NCBI GenBank assembly: GCA_037137535.1
Contig: JBAXKC010000001.1
Coordinates: forward strand, 256,001 to 320,000
Direction of reading: 5' to 3'
Origin: a bacterium
GTDB lineage: Bacteria; Cyanobacteriota; Vampirovibrionia; Gastranaerophilales; JBAXKC01
Length of the DNA: 64,000 nucleotides
The notes beneath the pieces are model-generated. The model did no database searches. It saw nothing but the letters and a program-made list of their open reading frames with translations, and was not told the DNA's origin. The first letter of the stretch is position 1, and each line of letters opens with the position of its first letter. The position numbers were made by a program, and so were the translations under genes. Shown here one piece after another: positions 10,511 through 19,913 of this stretch.

Positions 10511-10834
10511 TTAAATAACTTTTTCGATACTTTCGATTAATGTTGATTTTTGTAAAAGCCCTACTAATCTTTCAACAGCTTGACCATTTTTGAAGATTAA
10601 TAAACTTGGAATACCGCTAATACTAAATTCTTGAGCAGTTTTAATATTTTCATCGGTATTAAGTTTAACTACTTTCAATCTACCTTCAAATTGACCTGCT
10701 ATTTCATCTATTATCGGGGCGATTTTTCTGCATGGTCCACACCATGGCGCCCAAAAATCAACAAGAACAGGAAGTTCTGATTTTTTAACTTCTTGTTCAA
10801 AATTGGCATCGTTTACTTCTATTGCATTTGACAT
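10511..10834 (-). CDS. trxA: Thioredoxin
   Basis: VDFWAPWCGPC active site; 107 aa. Confidence 0.97.
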   Translation of the reverse strand: MSNAIEVNDANFEQEVKKSELPVLVDFWAPWCGPCRKIAPIIDEIAGQFEGRLKVVKLNTDENIKTAQEFSISGIPSLLIFKNGQAVERLVGLLQKSTLIESIEKVI

Positions 10835-10928
10835 AAATATTTGCTCCTATATAGAAATTTTCTCAAAAGTGTTATTAAATTATATTAATTGTATAACAAT
10901 AAGTCAAAACCTTGATAAAGGAATAAGC

Positions 10929-12056
10929 ATGAATAAATTATCCATTCTTGATAAATATATCTCAAAACAGCTTGTAGAATCATTCTTACTGGGTGTAATC
11001 ATCTTTACTTCTATAATGTTTGCCTCCGAAACATTTATTAATCTAGTTAAACAAATAACAATGTACGGTATTCCGTTTAAGATAGCATTCCTTGCATTCT
11101 TATTAAAATTGCCCTCTATTATAGTTCTTACTATACCAATGGGCTTACTTCTCGCAACAATTTTAACTTTTAATAAATTAAGTCTTAGCTCTGAAATATC
11201 AGTTATGAGAGCTTGTGGAATAAGTCTTGGAAGACTTGCACTCCCTGCAATCATCTTTGGAATTATTGCCTGCATTGGATGCTTCTTTATCAGCGAAATT
11301 ATTGTACCTGCGGCAGATAATCAGTCAAAAAAACTTACTATTTGGGCTTTATCCCAAAGAAATTTATCCGAAGGAAAGAAAAACTTTTCTTTTAAAGAAA
11401 CAAATGATGATCATTCTTTGAAAAGACTTTTTTATGTCAGTGATTATGATAATAAGATAATGAAAGGAATTACAGTACTTGATTTATCTAAAAACGGAGC
11501 AACTCAACTGATTCAGGCAAAAGAATGTACCGCTACAACAAGCGGATGGACTTTTGAAGACGGAATAGCTTACACTATTTCAAAATCAGGTAAATTATTC
11601 AATACAACTGCATTTGAAAAATCCTCCTTATCCGCAGGAATTGCAATCCCTGCAAGCCTGAGGGTTACAGATCCGAATGATTATAACTTTTATCAGCTAA
11701 GTCAAAAAATCAATGCAGTTGAACAAAAAATAAAAATCTCAGGAGATGTTGTCTTTTATCGTAATTTACTGGAAAATCTACAATTACAGCTTTATACAAA
11801 GTTCGCCGCACCTGCCGCAGGTCTATTTCTTGTACTTATAGGTGTTCCACTGGCAATAACTCCACCAAGAGCAAGAGTAAACAGAGGTCTACTTTTCAGC
11901 ATAGGCATTATCTTTGTTTTTTATATGATTAAAGCCTTTTCCATTTCATTAGGAGAAATGGGATTATTTCCTCCTATACTGGCAGCCTGGTCTCCAAATC
12001 TAATAATAGGTCTTTGGGGCTCTCATTTATTTTATAAAAAAGCCTTTAAAATCTAA
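10929..12056 (+). CDS. LptF/LptG family LPS export permease
   Basis: MNKLSILDKYI start, 3+3 TM layout, SEISVMRACGIS, and C-terminal PILAAWSPN. Confidence 0.9.
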   Translation: MNKLSILDKYISKQLVESFLLGVIIFTSIMFASETFINLVKQITMYGIPFKIAFLAFLLKLPSIIVLTIPMGLLLATILTFNKLSLSSEISVMRACGISLGRLALPAIIFGIIACIGCFFISEIIVPAADNQSKKLTIWALSQRNLSEGKKNFSFKETNDDHSLKRLFYVSDYDNKIMKGITVLDLSKNGATQLIQAKECTATTSGWTFEDGIAYTISKSGKLFNTTAFEKSSLSAGIAIPASLRVTDPNDYNFYQLSQKINAVEQKIKISGDVVFYRNLLENLQLQLYTKFAAPAAGLFLVLIGVPLAITPPRARVNRGLLFSIGIIFVFYMIKAFSISLGEMGLFPPILAAWSPNLIIGLWGSHLFYKKAFKI

Positions 12057-12140
12057 TCTTTTAATATGTATCTAACTTAAAAAAAATGCAGTATGATTAT
12101 ATTGCATTTTTTGTATTGCTAAAGGGAGAGTTTTACTAAT

Positions 12141-13805
12141 ATGAGTTTAAAACTGAAAAGTTTAATTTTTATACTGTCTCTATTGATTTCACCTATTTTA
12201 ATATATTTTATTGACTTAAACTTTATTAAAGGTGGATTTACAGGCTGTTGGCTATTTGTCGCTTTAATTATTAGTATTTTCTTTTACACCTACATATATA
12301 AATTCTATCTAGAACCAATTGAGGAAAGCATAAAAATTCTTATGAAGATGAAACATGGTGATTTCAGCGGAAGTGAAAATAACTGCCAAAACATGTCTAA
12401 CGGACTAGAACCTTTAAAAACATCTATCAATGAAGTTCGTTTGAATATAAAAGAGCTTGTACAAAAACTTGAAAAAAATGTATCAGGTCTTAATGCATCA
12501 GGTATAAGCCTTGATAATATTGCAAAAACCTCTGCAAATATTGCTAATGAAGTTGCTACAACAGCAGAACAATTAGCAGCAGGAGCTACTAATCAAGTTC
12601 ACAATATTAATAGTTGCAGTCAAAACGTAGATGAAATAACTGAAGCTTCACAACAAATAAGCTCTCAGATTAACGATATAAATAACATTGCAAATGACTT
12701 CTCAAAAATTGCAAATTCAGGTAAATTAGACATTGAAAATGCACTCTCTAAAGTAAATGAAATCAAAGACTCAAGCGAACTTGTGTCTGATCAAATAGTA
12801 AAACTGGGGACTCTTGGTAAAGAGATTGGCGATATTGTAGACTTAATTAACAGTATTGCGAATCAGACAAACCTTCTTGCCTTAAATGCGTCCATTGAAG
12901 CCGCAAGAGCAGGAGAACATGGGAAAGGCTTTGCGGTAGTTGCGGATGAAGTTAAACAGCTTGCAGAAAAATCAGCAGATGCTGCAAATCAAATTAAGGA
13001 TATGGTTAAAAATATTCAATTAGGTGCTGAAAAAGCCGTTGTTCTCACCGATGACAGCTTAAATAAAGTAGAAGCAGGAGTAAAAGCCTTTGCTCTGATT
13101 AATTCAAATTTTGAAAAGATTTATAGCAATTCTCAAATTATTTACAATGAAACTAATCTGATATGCGATGCAATTCTAACACTATCAGAGAAAAATACCG
13201 AGGTTAATACTTCAATGACTAATGTTGCTGGTATTACAGAAGTTAATGCAGCCGCAGCGCAAGAAATATCAGCCTCTACGCAAGAACATTCAATAACAAC
13301 TCAACAGCTTGAATTAACAACAAAAGAAGTCTTAAAAATGGCTCGTAATTTAACTGTAAGCTCTTTTGTTTTTAAAACAGACGATAAACCTGAAATAATG
13401 TTCTGGAACAAGGATTTCTTTTCTAATAACTTAGACATTGATTATGAGCATTATAAAATAGTCAACTATATTAATACTCTATATCAAATGCATCTCGAGA
13501 AAAGACCGGCCAAAGATCTGGTTAAAGTCTCAAATGAATTGGCTGAATTTACCGTCAATCATTTTGCAAATGAAGAACGTATTATGGAAAAGTATAAATA
13601 TCCTGATTTTAATACTCACAAAAAAATCCATAACGATATGTATGCAAAACTTAAAATGTTCGCTGAAGCCTTAAATTCCGGTAAAGCCAACACGAATGAA
13701 GAATTCCTAGAGTTCTTAACACAATGGCTGACTAAACATATATTAAAAGAAGACATAAGAATGGCTTCGTATCTGAGAAGCAAAGGTGTTATCGAATTAA
13801 CTTAA
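12141..13805 (+). CDS. Methyl-accepting chemotaxis protein with C-terminal hemerythrin domain
   Basis: MCP hairpin [33 protein letters not shown]; hemerythrin ligands H, HFANEE, HKKIH and HILKED. Confidence 0.92.
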   Translation: MSLKLKSLIFILSLLISPILIYFIDLNFIKGGFTGCWLFVALIISIFFYTYIYKFYLEPIEESIKILMKMKHGDFSGSENNCQNMSNGLEPLKTSINEVRLNIKELVQKLEKNVSGLNASGISLDNIAKTSANIANEVATTAEQLAAGATNQVHNINSCSQNVDEITEASQQISSQINDINNIANDFSKIANSGKLDIENALSKVNEIKDSSELVSDQIVKLGTLGKEIGDIVDLINSIANQTNLLALNASIEAARAGEHGKGFAVVADEVKQLAEKSADAANQIKDMVKNIQLGAEKAVVLTDDSLNKVEAGVKAFALINSNFEKIYSNSQIIYNETNLICDAILTLSEKNTEVNTSMTNVAGITEVNAAAAQEISASTQEHSITTQQLELTTKEVLKMARNLTVSSFVFKTDDKPEIMFWNKDFFSNNLDIDYEHYKIVNYINTLYQMHLEKRPAKDLVKVSNELAEFTVNHFANEERIMEKYKYPDFNTHKKIHNDMYAKLKMFAEALNSGKANTNEEFLEFLTQWLTKHILKEDIRMASYLRSKGVIELT

Positions 13806-13818
13806 ATCAACTTAATAG

Positions 13819-13848
13819 AAAGAAAGCTCCTAATTAGGAGCTTTCTTT
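13819..13848. terminator. Intrinsic terminator (perfect palindrome)
   Basis: AAAGAAAGCTCCTAA/TTAGGAGCTTTCTTT directly after the MCP stop. Confidence 0.75.
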
Positions 13849-13890
13849 GTTAAGAAATGTTTCACTTCTTCTAAAATACTCTAAATAGAC

Positions 13891-13917
13891 TAAAGAAAAT
13901 TTTAATATAGCCGATAA
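13891..13917 (+). promoter_or_regulatory. Sigma-28 (FliA/SigD-type) promoter
   Basis: TAAA-N15-GCCGATAA, an exact match to the classical consensus. Confidence 0.8.
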
Positions 13918-13970
13918 CTTATTTGTAAGGCAAATTAAAAGAAGATAAACAAAGACAAGGAGATATAAAA

Positions 13971-14117
13971 ATGAACAGACAACCAGCTACAAACTCATCA
14001 GATGCAGTATTATTCTTATTAAGAGGCGCACAAAAAAGAAGATCACTAGCGGTGGCAAAGGCAAAAATGATTCAAAGTGAAGTTGGTGTTACACCAAGAT
14101 TAGTTGCAATAAAATAG
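13971..14117 (+). CDS. Small basic protein, 48 aa (absent from the ORF track)
   Basis: MNRQPATNSSDAVLFLLRGAQKRRSLAVAKAKMIQSEVGVTPRLVAIK; AAGGAGA RBS, own promoter and own terminator. Confidence 0.75.
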   Translation: MNRQPATNSSDAVLFLLRGAQKRRSLAVAKAKMIQSEVGVTPRLVAIK

Positions 14118-14220
14118 TATTTAAAAAGAATTATTAAAAGTTATAGAGAATAGAAATTAACCAAATGGAGTGTTTGTAAAAAGATTAGATCGTGTCTTGT
14201 CTGAAATATGTAGCTGGTAA

Positions 14221-14258
14221 AAAAACCTGCCCTTGAGTGAAAAGGCAGGATTTTTTTT
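14221..14258. terminator. Intrinsic terminator
   Basis: CCTGCC...GGCAGG stem flanked by A and T runs. Confidence 0.7.
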
Positions 14259-14286
14259 GTTTTAATTTTACGAATTTTTTTTAAAT

Positions 14287-14676
14287 TTATTCTTTATTTT
14301 TTGGTTGTGAATTATGATCCTTTTTTATAACCACCAAGACTTCATTTTTCCCTACCATTTTAAGATTATTCCTAGCTAAAGCTTCAATACCTTTAATAGA
14401 AGTATAACTTTCTAACTGACTTTTCAAGTCGTCATTTTTTTCTTTTGCATCTCTATGTATATATTTTAACTCTGAGCATTGTTTATTGAGAGTTAAAAAC
14501 TTAAATGAATTTAAAGTCGCCCCTCTGACAGCTTGAAAAAGACATAAACCTAAAACAAAACTTATAAATAAATAATAAAGTTGTTTGGGATTAGACTTTA
14601 TTGCTTTTCTTGGCTTTATTGTTTTCTTAGAAGGTCTTAAATCAGTATGAACCTTTTTAGTTTTTTTCAAAATCAT
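14287..14676 (-). CDS. FtsB/DivIC-like septum formation initiator
   Basis: Basic N-terminus, one TM helix, coiled coil, IEALARNNLKMVGKNEV. Confidence 0.8.
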   Translation of the reverse strand: MILKKTKKVHTDLRPSKKTIKPRKAIKSNPKQLYYLFISFVLGLCLFQAVRGATLNSFKFLTLNKQCSELKYIHRDAKEKNDDLKSQLESYTSIKGIEALARNNLKMVGKNEVLVVIKKDHNSQPKNKE

Positions 14677-14888
14677 TACCTCTTGATTTTTTATGAATTT
14701 GATTAAATATGAATATTTCTTCTGTTTACTATATTCTTTAAAAAAATGAATAATTTTAATTGCTAAAATTATTCATTTATTCTTAATATTAAAAAACACA
14801 TTGACGGTTGTCTATAAATATTAAAAATTATAAAATTTTGTAATGAATTATATTAACATTAATTAAACTCATAAAAATAAGGCGAATA

Positions 14889-15863
14889 ATGAAAAAAATA
14901 TTATTTATAACCCCGATAAGCATAGCCGGAGCGTTGATTATAAACGGACTTAACGAAGGATTTAAAAGCCTTGGACATGACACATTAAGCTATGATGTAA
15001 GAGATTTAAACGAGAATGAAATTCTTAACTTTAATCCCGATTTGGTTATAGGCTATGACTATGCGCATTTTGTTGAAGATCAAGCTGAAAATATCATCAA
15101 ACAACTTAATAAACCGATTATTCATTACTTTGGAGATGCTCCGCTTGAAAATTATTCTCACTCAGGAAATTTAAATCTCTTTGATAAACTTTCCACCTCT
15201 GATGGAATAGTATTTTGTTGGGATAAAGAATATATAAAGGCTTTTAAAAACAGAGCCTATTCTTTACCCTTAGCCGTTAATCCCTCGGTTTATATGACAG
15301 AAACACATAAAAAAAATGACAAAATTGTATTTGTCGGCAGACCTCTTACTGAAACAAGACTTGAAATTCTTTGTGAAGTATTAAAACAATATCCCGACAA
15401 TCTTGAAATTTATTCTTATGAAAAACACTTTGAAAAAAGTATTGAACAAATTAAAAAATTTAATTTATTAGATGAGAATCAAATTAACTTATACAAAAAA
15501 ACTTTCAAAGGCTTTTTAAAAACTGAAAAAGAACTGGCAAATATATATGCTCAATCGGCAATCAGTCTTAATATCACTCTTGATCAAGGAATCAGCAGTA
15601 TTAATTACAGAGTATTTGAAGTTTTAGCCTCAAAAGGCTTTTTAATTACAGATTATAAAAAAGATACAGCTATTGAATTTATAGCAGATGTCGAAGCTGT
15701 TTATTATTCAAATATAAATGAACTGATGGAAAAAATAGCCTTTTATTTATATAATCCTGAACAAAGATTAAAAATAGAAGAACAAGGTCATTTAAAAATC
15801 TTAAATAAACATACTTTTAAACATAGAGCAAAAGAAATTATAGAAAATATAAGTTCCATTTAA
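14889..15863 (+). CDS. Glycosyltransferase, CgeB-like GT-B
   Basis: ISLNI...INYRVFEVLASKGFLITD...HTFKHRA. Confidence 0.85.
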   Translation: MKKILFITPISIAGALIINGLNEGFKSLGHDTLSYDVRDLNENEILNFNPDLVIGYDYAHFVEDQAENIIKQLNKPIIHYFGDAPLENYSHSGNLNLFDKLSTSDGIVFCWDKEYIKAFKNRAYSLPLAVNPSVYMTETHKKNDKIVFVGRPLTETRLEILCEVLKQYPDNLEIYSYEKHFEKSIEQIKKFNLLDENQINLYKKTFKGFLKTEKELANIYAQSAISLNITLDQGISSINYRVFEVLASKGFLITDYKKDTAIEFIADVEAVYYSNINELMEKIAFYLYNPEQRLKIEEQGHLKILNKHTFKHRAKEIIENISSI

Positions 15864-16001
15864 AAGAAATTTCATTTATATTAGATTAACAAATATTTTG
15901 AACAATATAAGAAAAAGATTATTTTTTTAATTTTTTTGTTTTAAAATATTCTGATTACATAGGGGTTAAAAAACTAATTAAAAGACATTCGGAGAAAAAA
16001 A

Positions 16002-17192
16002 ATGTTACCTGAAACAAAAAAAATTGTTCCTGCTGAAAGGATCTTAAATCTTCCACCTTACGTTTTTGCTGAGCTTGATGTATGGAAAGAAGAAGCATTG
16101 GCCAACGGTATAAATTATATTGACCTTGGAATGGGCAATCACGATGGTGCCACCCCTGCACCGATAGTTGATGCCGCCGTAAAAAGTCTATATGAAGCTA
16201 AAAACCATGGTTATCCGAGTTTCAAAGGAAAAAAAGAATTCAGAGAAGCTATTTCTCAATGGATGAAAAAAAGATATGACGTTGAAGTATGTCCCGAGCT
16301 TGAAGTTCAAACTCTTCTAGGTGCTAAAGAAGGACTTGCGCACCTTGCTATGGCTTATACCAACCCAGGTGATATAAACATAGTTCCTGATCCATATTAC
16401 CCTGTTCATTCAAGAGGAACATGGCTTGCAAACGGTGAAATATATCATATTAAACTTGAAGAAAAAAATAATTTCCTTCCTGATTTAGATTCAATCCCTG
16501 AAGATGTAGCAAGAAGAGCTAAAATCTTCTTCATAAATTATCCTAATAACCCTACATCAGCAATTGCACCTGTTGAATATCTTGAAAAATTGGTTGCTTA
16601 TTGCAAAAAATATGGTATTTTACTTTGCAGCGACCTTGCGTATGGTGAAATTTGCTTTGATGGATATCGTCCACCAAGTATCTTCAGTATTCCCTGTGCA
16701 AAAGATATTGCGATAGAATTTCACACCTTCTCAAAAACCTTTAATATGGCTGGCTGGAGAATAGGCTTTGCTGTTGGAAATAAAGAGTATATTCATGCAC
16801 TTTATACATTAAAAACCAACGTAGACTACGGAACTTCCTCCATCTGCCAAGAAGCAGCTATAGCCGCTCTTAATGTAGACAGACCTCATATAGATGCCAT
16901 TGTCAATAAATATCAACAAAGAAGAGATTTACTTGTTGATGGATTCAAAAAACTTGGCTGGAATGTTTCAACACCAAAAGCAACAATGTATTTATGGTTG
17001 AAAGTACCGACAGGATTTGACTCAAAAAGCTGGTGCAAAATGGTTCTAAACACAGCAGGTATTGTATTTACTCCAGGTATGGCTTTTGGAGAGCATAGTG
17101 ACGGTTATTTCAGAGTTTCACTTGTTCAACCTGAGGAAAAGCTGTTAGAAGCACTCTCAAGACTTGAAAAAGCGGGCATCAGATACGCATAG
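16002..17192 (+). CDS. Class I/II PLP aminotransferase, LL-diaminopimelate aminotransferase-like
   Basis: LPPYVFAELD, NYPNNPT, DLAY, and SKTFNMAGWRIG. Confidence 0.85.
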   Translation: MLPETKKIVPAERILNLPPYVFAELDVWKEEALANGINYIDLGMGNHDGATPAPIVDAAVKSLYEAKNHGYPSFKGKKEFREAISQWMKKRYDVEVCPELEVQTLLGAKEGLAHLAMAYTNPGDINIVPDPYYPVHSRGTWLANGEIYHIKLEEKNNFLPDLDSIPEDVARRAKIFFINYPNNPTSAIAPVEYLEKLVAYCKKYGILLCSDLAYGEICFDGYRPPSIFSIPCAKDIAIEFHTFSKTFNMAGWRIGFAVGNKEYIHALYTLKTNVDYGTSSICQEAAIAALNVDRPHIDAIVNKYQQRRDLLVDGFKKLGWNVSTPKATMYLWLKVPTGFDSKSWCKMVLNTAGIVFTPGMAFGEHSDGYFRVSLVQPEEKLLEALSRLEKAGIRYA

Positions 17193-17301
17193 TCATGCTT
17201 TTCATGGGTGAGAGAAAAAATCACACTTTAAAGTGATTCCTATTTTATATTTTAAATTGTATTATTAAAATATAGAAAGAGCTTATGGAGATAGATAAAA
17301 A

Positions 17302-17532
17302 ATGAATAATGAAGTTTTAGCAACATTAAAAAAACCTTTAAAAAAAGGCAGACGAGGACAAAGTTTAGTTGAATACGGACTTATCCTTGCTCTTGTTTCA
17401 GTTGTTGCTATTACAGTATTAAATACAATGGGAACTCAAATTAAAAATACTGTGACTAAGGTAAATAATGAACTTACAAACGTCAGTAATACTGTAGGAA
17501 CAACACCAACTACTACTACGCCGACAACTTAA
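17302..17532 (+). CDS. Flp/Tad family pilin
   Basis: Basic leader, GQSLVEYGLILALVSVV, Thr/Pro-rich tail. Confidence 0.92.
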   Translation: MNNEVLATLKKPLKKGRRGQSLVEYGLILALVSVVAITVLNTMGTQIKNTVTKVNNELTNVSNTVGTTPTTTTPTT

Positions 17533-17546
17533 TACCTAAGGTATTT

Positions 17547-17720
17547 ATGAATATAAATAAACTATTAAAGTTTAAAGCATATAAAGCACAAGGCATGGTT
17601 GAATGGGGGCTTGTAGTGCTAACAGTTACTGTTGTGTGTATGACAGTCGTTTTAGCCTTTGGCCCAAAAATGAAAGCTATCCTGCAAATAATTCAAAATG
17701 CACTGAATGCAACATCTTGA
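17547..17720 (+). CDS. Divergent Flp-like pilin, 57 aa (absent from the ORF track)
   Basis: MNINKLLKFKAYKAQGMVEWGLVVLTVTVVCMTVVLAFGPKMKAILQIIQNALNATS. Confidence 0.75.
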   Translation: MNINKLLKFKAYKAQGMVEWGLVVLTVTVVCMTVVLAFGPKMKAILQIIQNALNATS

Positions 17721-17779
17721 ATCTAAAAATATAACAATATGATACATATGAAGATAACTCCATTGGAGAATGATAAAAA

Positions 17780-17998
17780 ATGAAAAATAAAATTATATCA
17801 ATATTTAAAAAAAGTAAAAAGGGACAAAGTTTAGTTGAATACGGACTTATCCTTGCTCTTGTTTCAGTTGTTGCTATTACAGTATTAAACACAATGGGAA
17901 CTCAAATTAAAAATACTGTGACTAAAGTAAATACAGAAATTGATAATGTCAGTCAAAATGTAGGAACAACACCAACTACTACTACACCAACAACTTAA
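17780..17998 (+). CDS. Flp/Tad family pilin (second copy)
   Basis: GQSLVEYGLILALVSVV; nearly identical to 17302-17532. Confidence 0.92.
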   Translation: MKNKIISIFKKSKKGQSLVEYGLILALVSVVAITVLNTMGTQIKNTVTKVNTEIDNVSQNVGTTPTTTTPTT

Positions 17999-18048
17999 TA
18001 CCTAAGTATAATTAAAGGTTGAATAAAACAAGTTAAAGTTATAACATT

Positions 18049-19842
18049 ATGGCAAATATAAAGATAACTCCATTAAATATAGAATTAACTGCCTCAGTTG
18101 ATTCTAATTTAATGGAGTTTTTGACATTAAACGGGATAAATCTTAAAAACAATTGCGGATTTAGAGGAAGCTGCAAAAAATGTACCGTCAAGCTATTAAG
18201 CGGTAATTTAAATAATGATGCGCATTATATCGATAATATTTATTTAGCCTGTCAGTCTAAAATATCTGAAGATATTGAAATTGAATTAATTGAATATTCT
18301 TTGGATAAAGCCTTTAAAATAAATAAAAAATTCGACTTTCATTCCAGTTTGACCTGCTTACAGATGGAAAAAATCAATATTAATGTATTGCCACCGTCAA
18401 AAGAAGATAAAACAGCTGATTTTGAAAGAGTTATGGCTTTATTTCCCGATTACTCAATAGCAGGAGTTGAAGTATTAAAAAAATTACCTTTTGCATTAAG
18501 AGAAAACAATTGGAATATTTCAGTAATTAAAGATAATTTCAAAAAACTCATTGTTGATATTGATAAGCCGTCTGATAAACAGATACTGGGGCTTGCTGTA
18601 GACATTGGAACAACTACTGTTAATATCATTATTACAGATTTAACCAACGGAAAAATTATTGATAGTGCCTCCTCTTATAACGAGCAAATTTCATTTGGAA
18701 CAGATGTAATCAGCCGTATTATTTATTCTCAAAGAGAAAAAGGAATTGAAACGCTTAAAGCAGCTGTTGTTTCAACAATAAATAAACTTATAGACGACAT
18801 TTGCCAAAATAATAATTTAATCCCGAGTAATATTTATCAAGCAGTATTTGCGGGAAATACAACGATGATGCATATTTTGCTTGGTATTGTGCCTAATTTT
18901 TTAAGAATAGAACCTTATGTTCCTGCTTTCTTTAATTATAGTCCTGTTGCAAATGAAATAGGAATAAATATAAATAAATATGCCTCAATATATTGTTATG
19001 AAAGTTTTGGCAGTTATGTAGGCGGCGATATTTCTGCGGGAATATTAGCCTCAAGAATGTATAAAAATGATGAAATAAGTCTTTTAATTGATATTGGAAC
19101 AAACGGTGAAATTGTTCTAGGTAATGCCGACTGGCTAATATCTTGTGCATGCAGTGCAGGACCTGCTTTTGAAGGAGCAGGTGTTAAAAACGGATCCAGA
19201 GCAATAAACGGAGCAATTGACAGCGTAAAAATAAACAACAAGTCTTTAGAGCCAGAAATAACAGTAATAAATAAACAAAAACCCATAGGAATCTGCGGAT
19301 CGGGAATGATTGATGCAATTGCAGAATTATTCAAAGCGGGTATTATTGACAGACAAGGTAAATTTATAAAAAATAGCGAACGCATTAAAGATAAATCTTA
19401 TATTCTTGTAAATATTGGAGAAATAGACTCTGACAAAGAAATAGTTATAAGTGAAAGCGATATTCAAAATATAGTCAGAACAAAAGGGGCTATTTTTGCA
19501 GGAATATATTCGCTTTTAGAATATGCCGGAATAACTCTTGACGAGATTTCAAAAATATATGTGGCAGGCGGACTTGGCGAAAGCATAGACTTTAAAAATG
19601 CTGTTGCTATTGGTCTTTTTCCTGATATTGATCGTAATAAATATGAATACCTGGGAAATACCTCATTAAAAGGGTGTTACCTACGTCTTATTAATTATAA
19701 AGAAGAACAAGATATTAAAAAAATATCCGAAATAATGAATTATTTTGACATATCAGAAGATGAAGAATATATGAACAGATTTATAAGTTCGCTTTTTATT
19801 CCTCATACGGATTTGAGCTTATTTCCCAATATTTTTAAATAA
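18049..19842 (+). CDS. RACo/DUF4445 ASKHA ATPase with 2Fe-2S domain (reductive activator of corrinoid proteins)
   Basis: CGFRGSCKKC, AVDIGTTT, IDIGTNGE, CSAGPAFEG, and GICGSG. Confidence 0.9.
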   Translation: MANIKITPLNIELTASVDSNLMEFLTLNGINLKNNCGFRGSCKKCTVKLLSGNLNNDAHYIDNIYLACQSKISEDIEIELIEYSLDKAFKINKKFDFHSSLTCLQMEKININVLPPSKEDKTADFERVMALFPDYSIAGVEVLKKLPFALRENNWNISVIKDNFKKLIVDIDKPSDKQILGLAVDIGTTTVNIIITDLTNGKIIDSASSYNEQISFGTDVISRIIYSQREKGIETLKAAVVSTINKLIDDICQNNNLIPSNIYQAVFAGNTTMMHILLGIVPNFLRIEPYVPAFFNYSPVANEIGININKYASIYCYESFGSYVGGDISAGILASRMYKNDEISLLIDIGTNGEIVLGNADWLISCACSAGPAFEGAGVKNGSRAINGAIDSVKINNKSLEPEITVINKQKPIGICGSGMIDAIAELFKAGIIDRQGKFIKNSERIKDKSYILVNIGEIDSDKEIVISESDIQNIVRTKGAIFAGIYSLLEYAGITLDEISKIYVAGGLGESIDFKNAVAIGLFPDIDRNKYEYLGNTSLKGCYLRLINYKEEQDIKKISEIMNYFDISEDEEYMNRFISSLFIPHTDLSLFPNIFK

Positions 19843-19907
19843 CTTGAGTCGCTAATTAATCAAAAAGTCTTATTATTATTAAGTTTTAAATTATCAACTC
19901 AAGTTAT
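19839..19907. repeat. Imperfect 19-bp inverted repeat between convergent genes (probable terminator)
   Basis: ATAACTTGAGTCGCTAATT ... AATTATCAACTCAAGTTAT (17/19 complementary). Confidence 0.55.
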
Positions 19908-19913
19908 ATTATC

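Larger units (their letters stand above)
17356..18006 (+). repeat. Near-identical direct duplication of the mature Flp pilin sequence (17356-17540 and 17822-18006)
   Basis: DNA is almost identical at offset 466, including the post-stop TACCTAAG. Confidence 0.9.

Noticed and set aside
19843-19903. HspR HAIR operator (CTTGAGT...ACTCAAG)
   Set aside because: The half-sites are about 47 nt apart rather than 7, and lie between convergent 3' ends.
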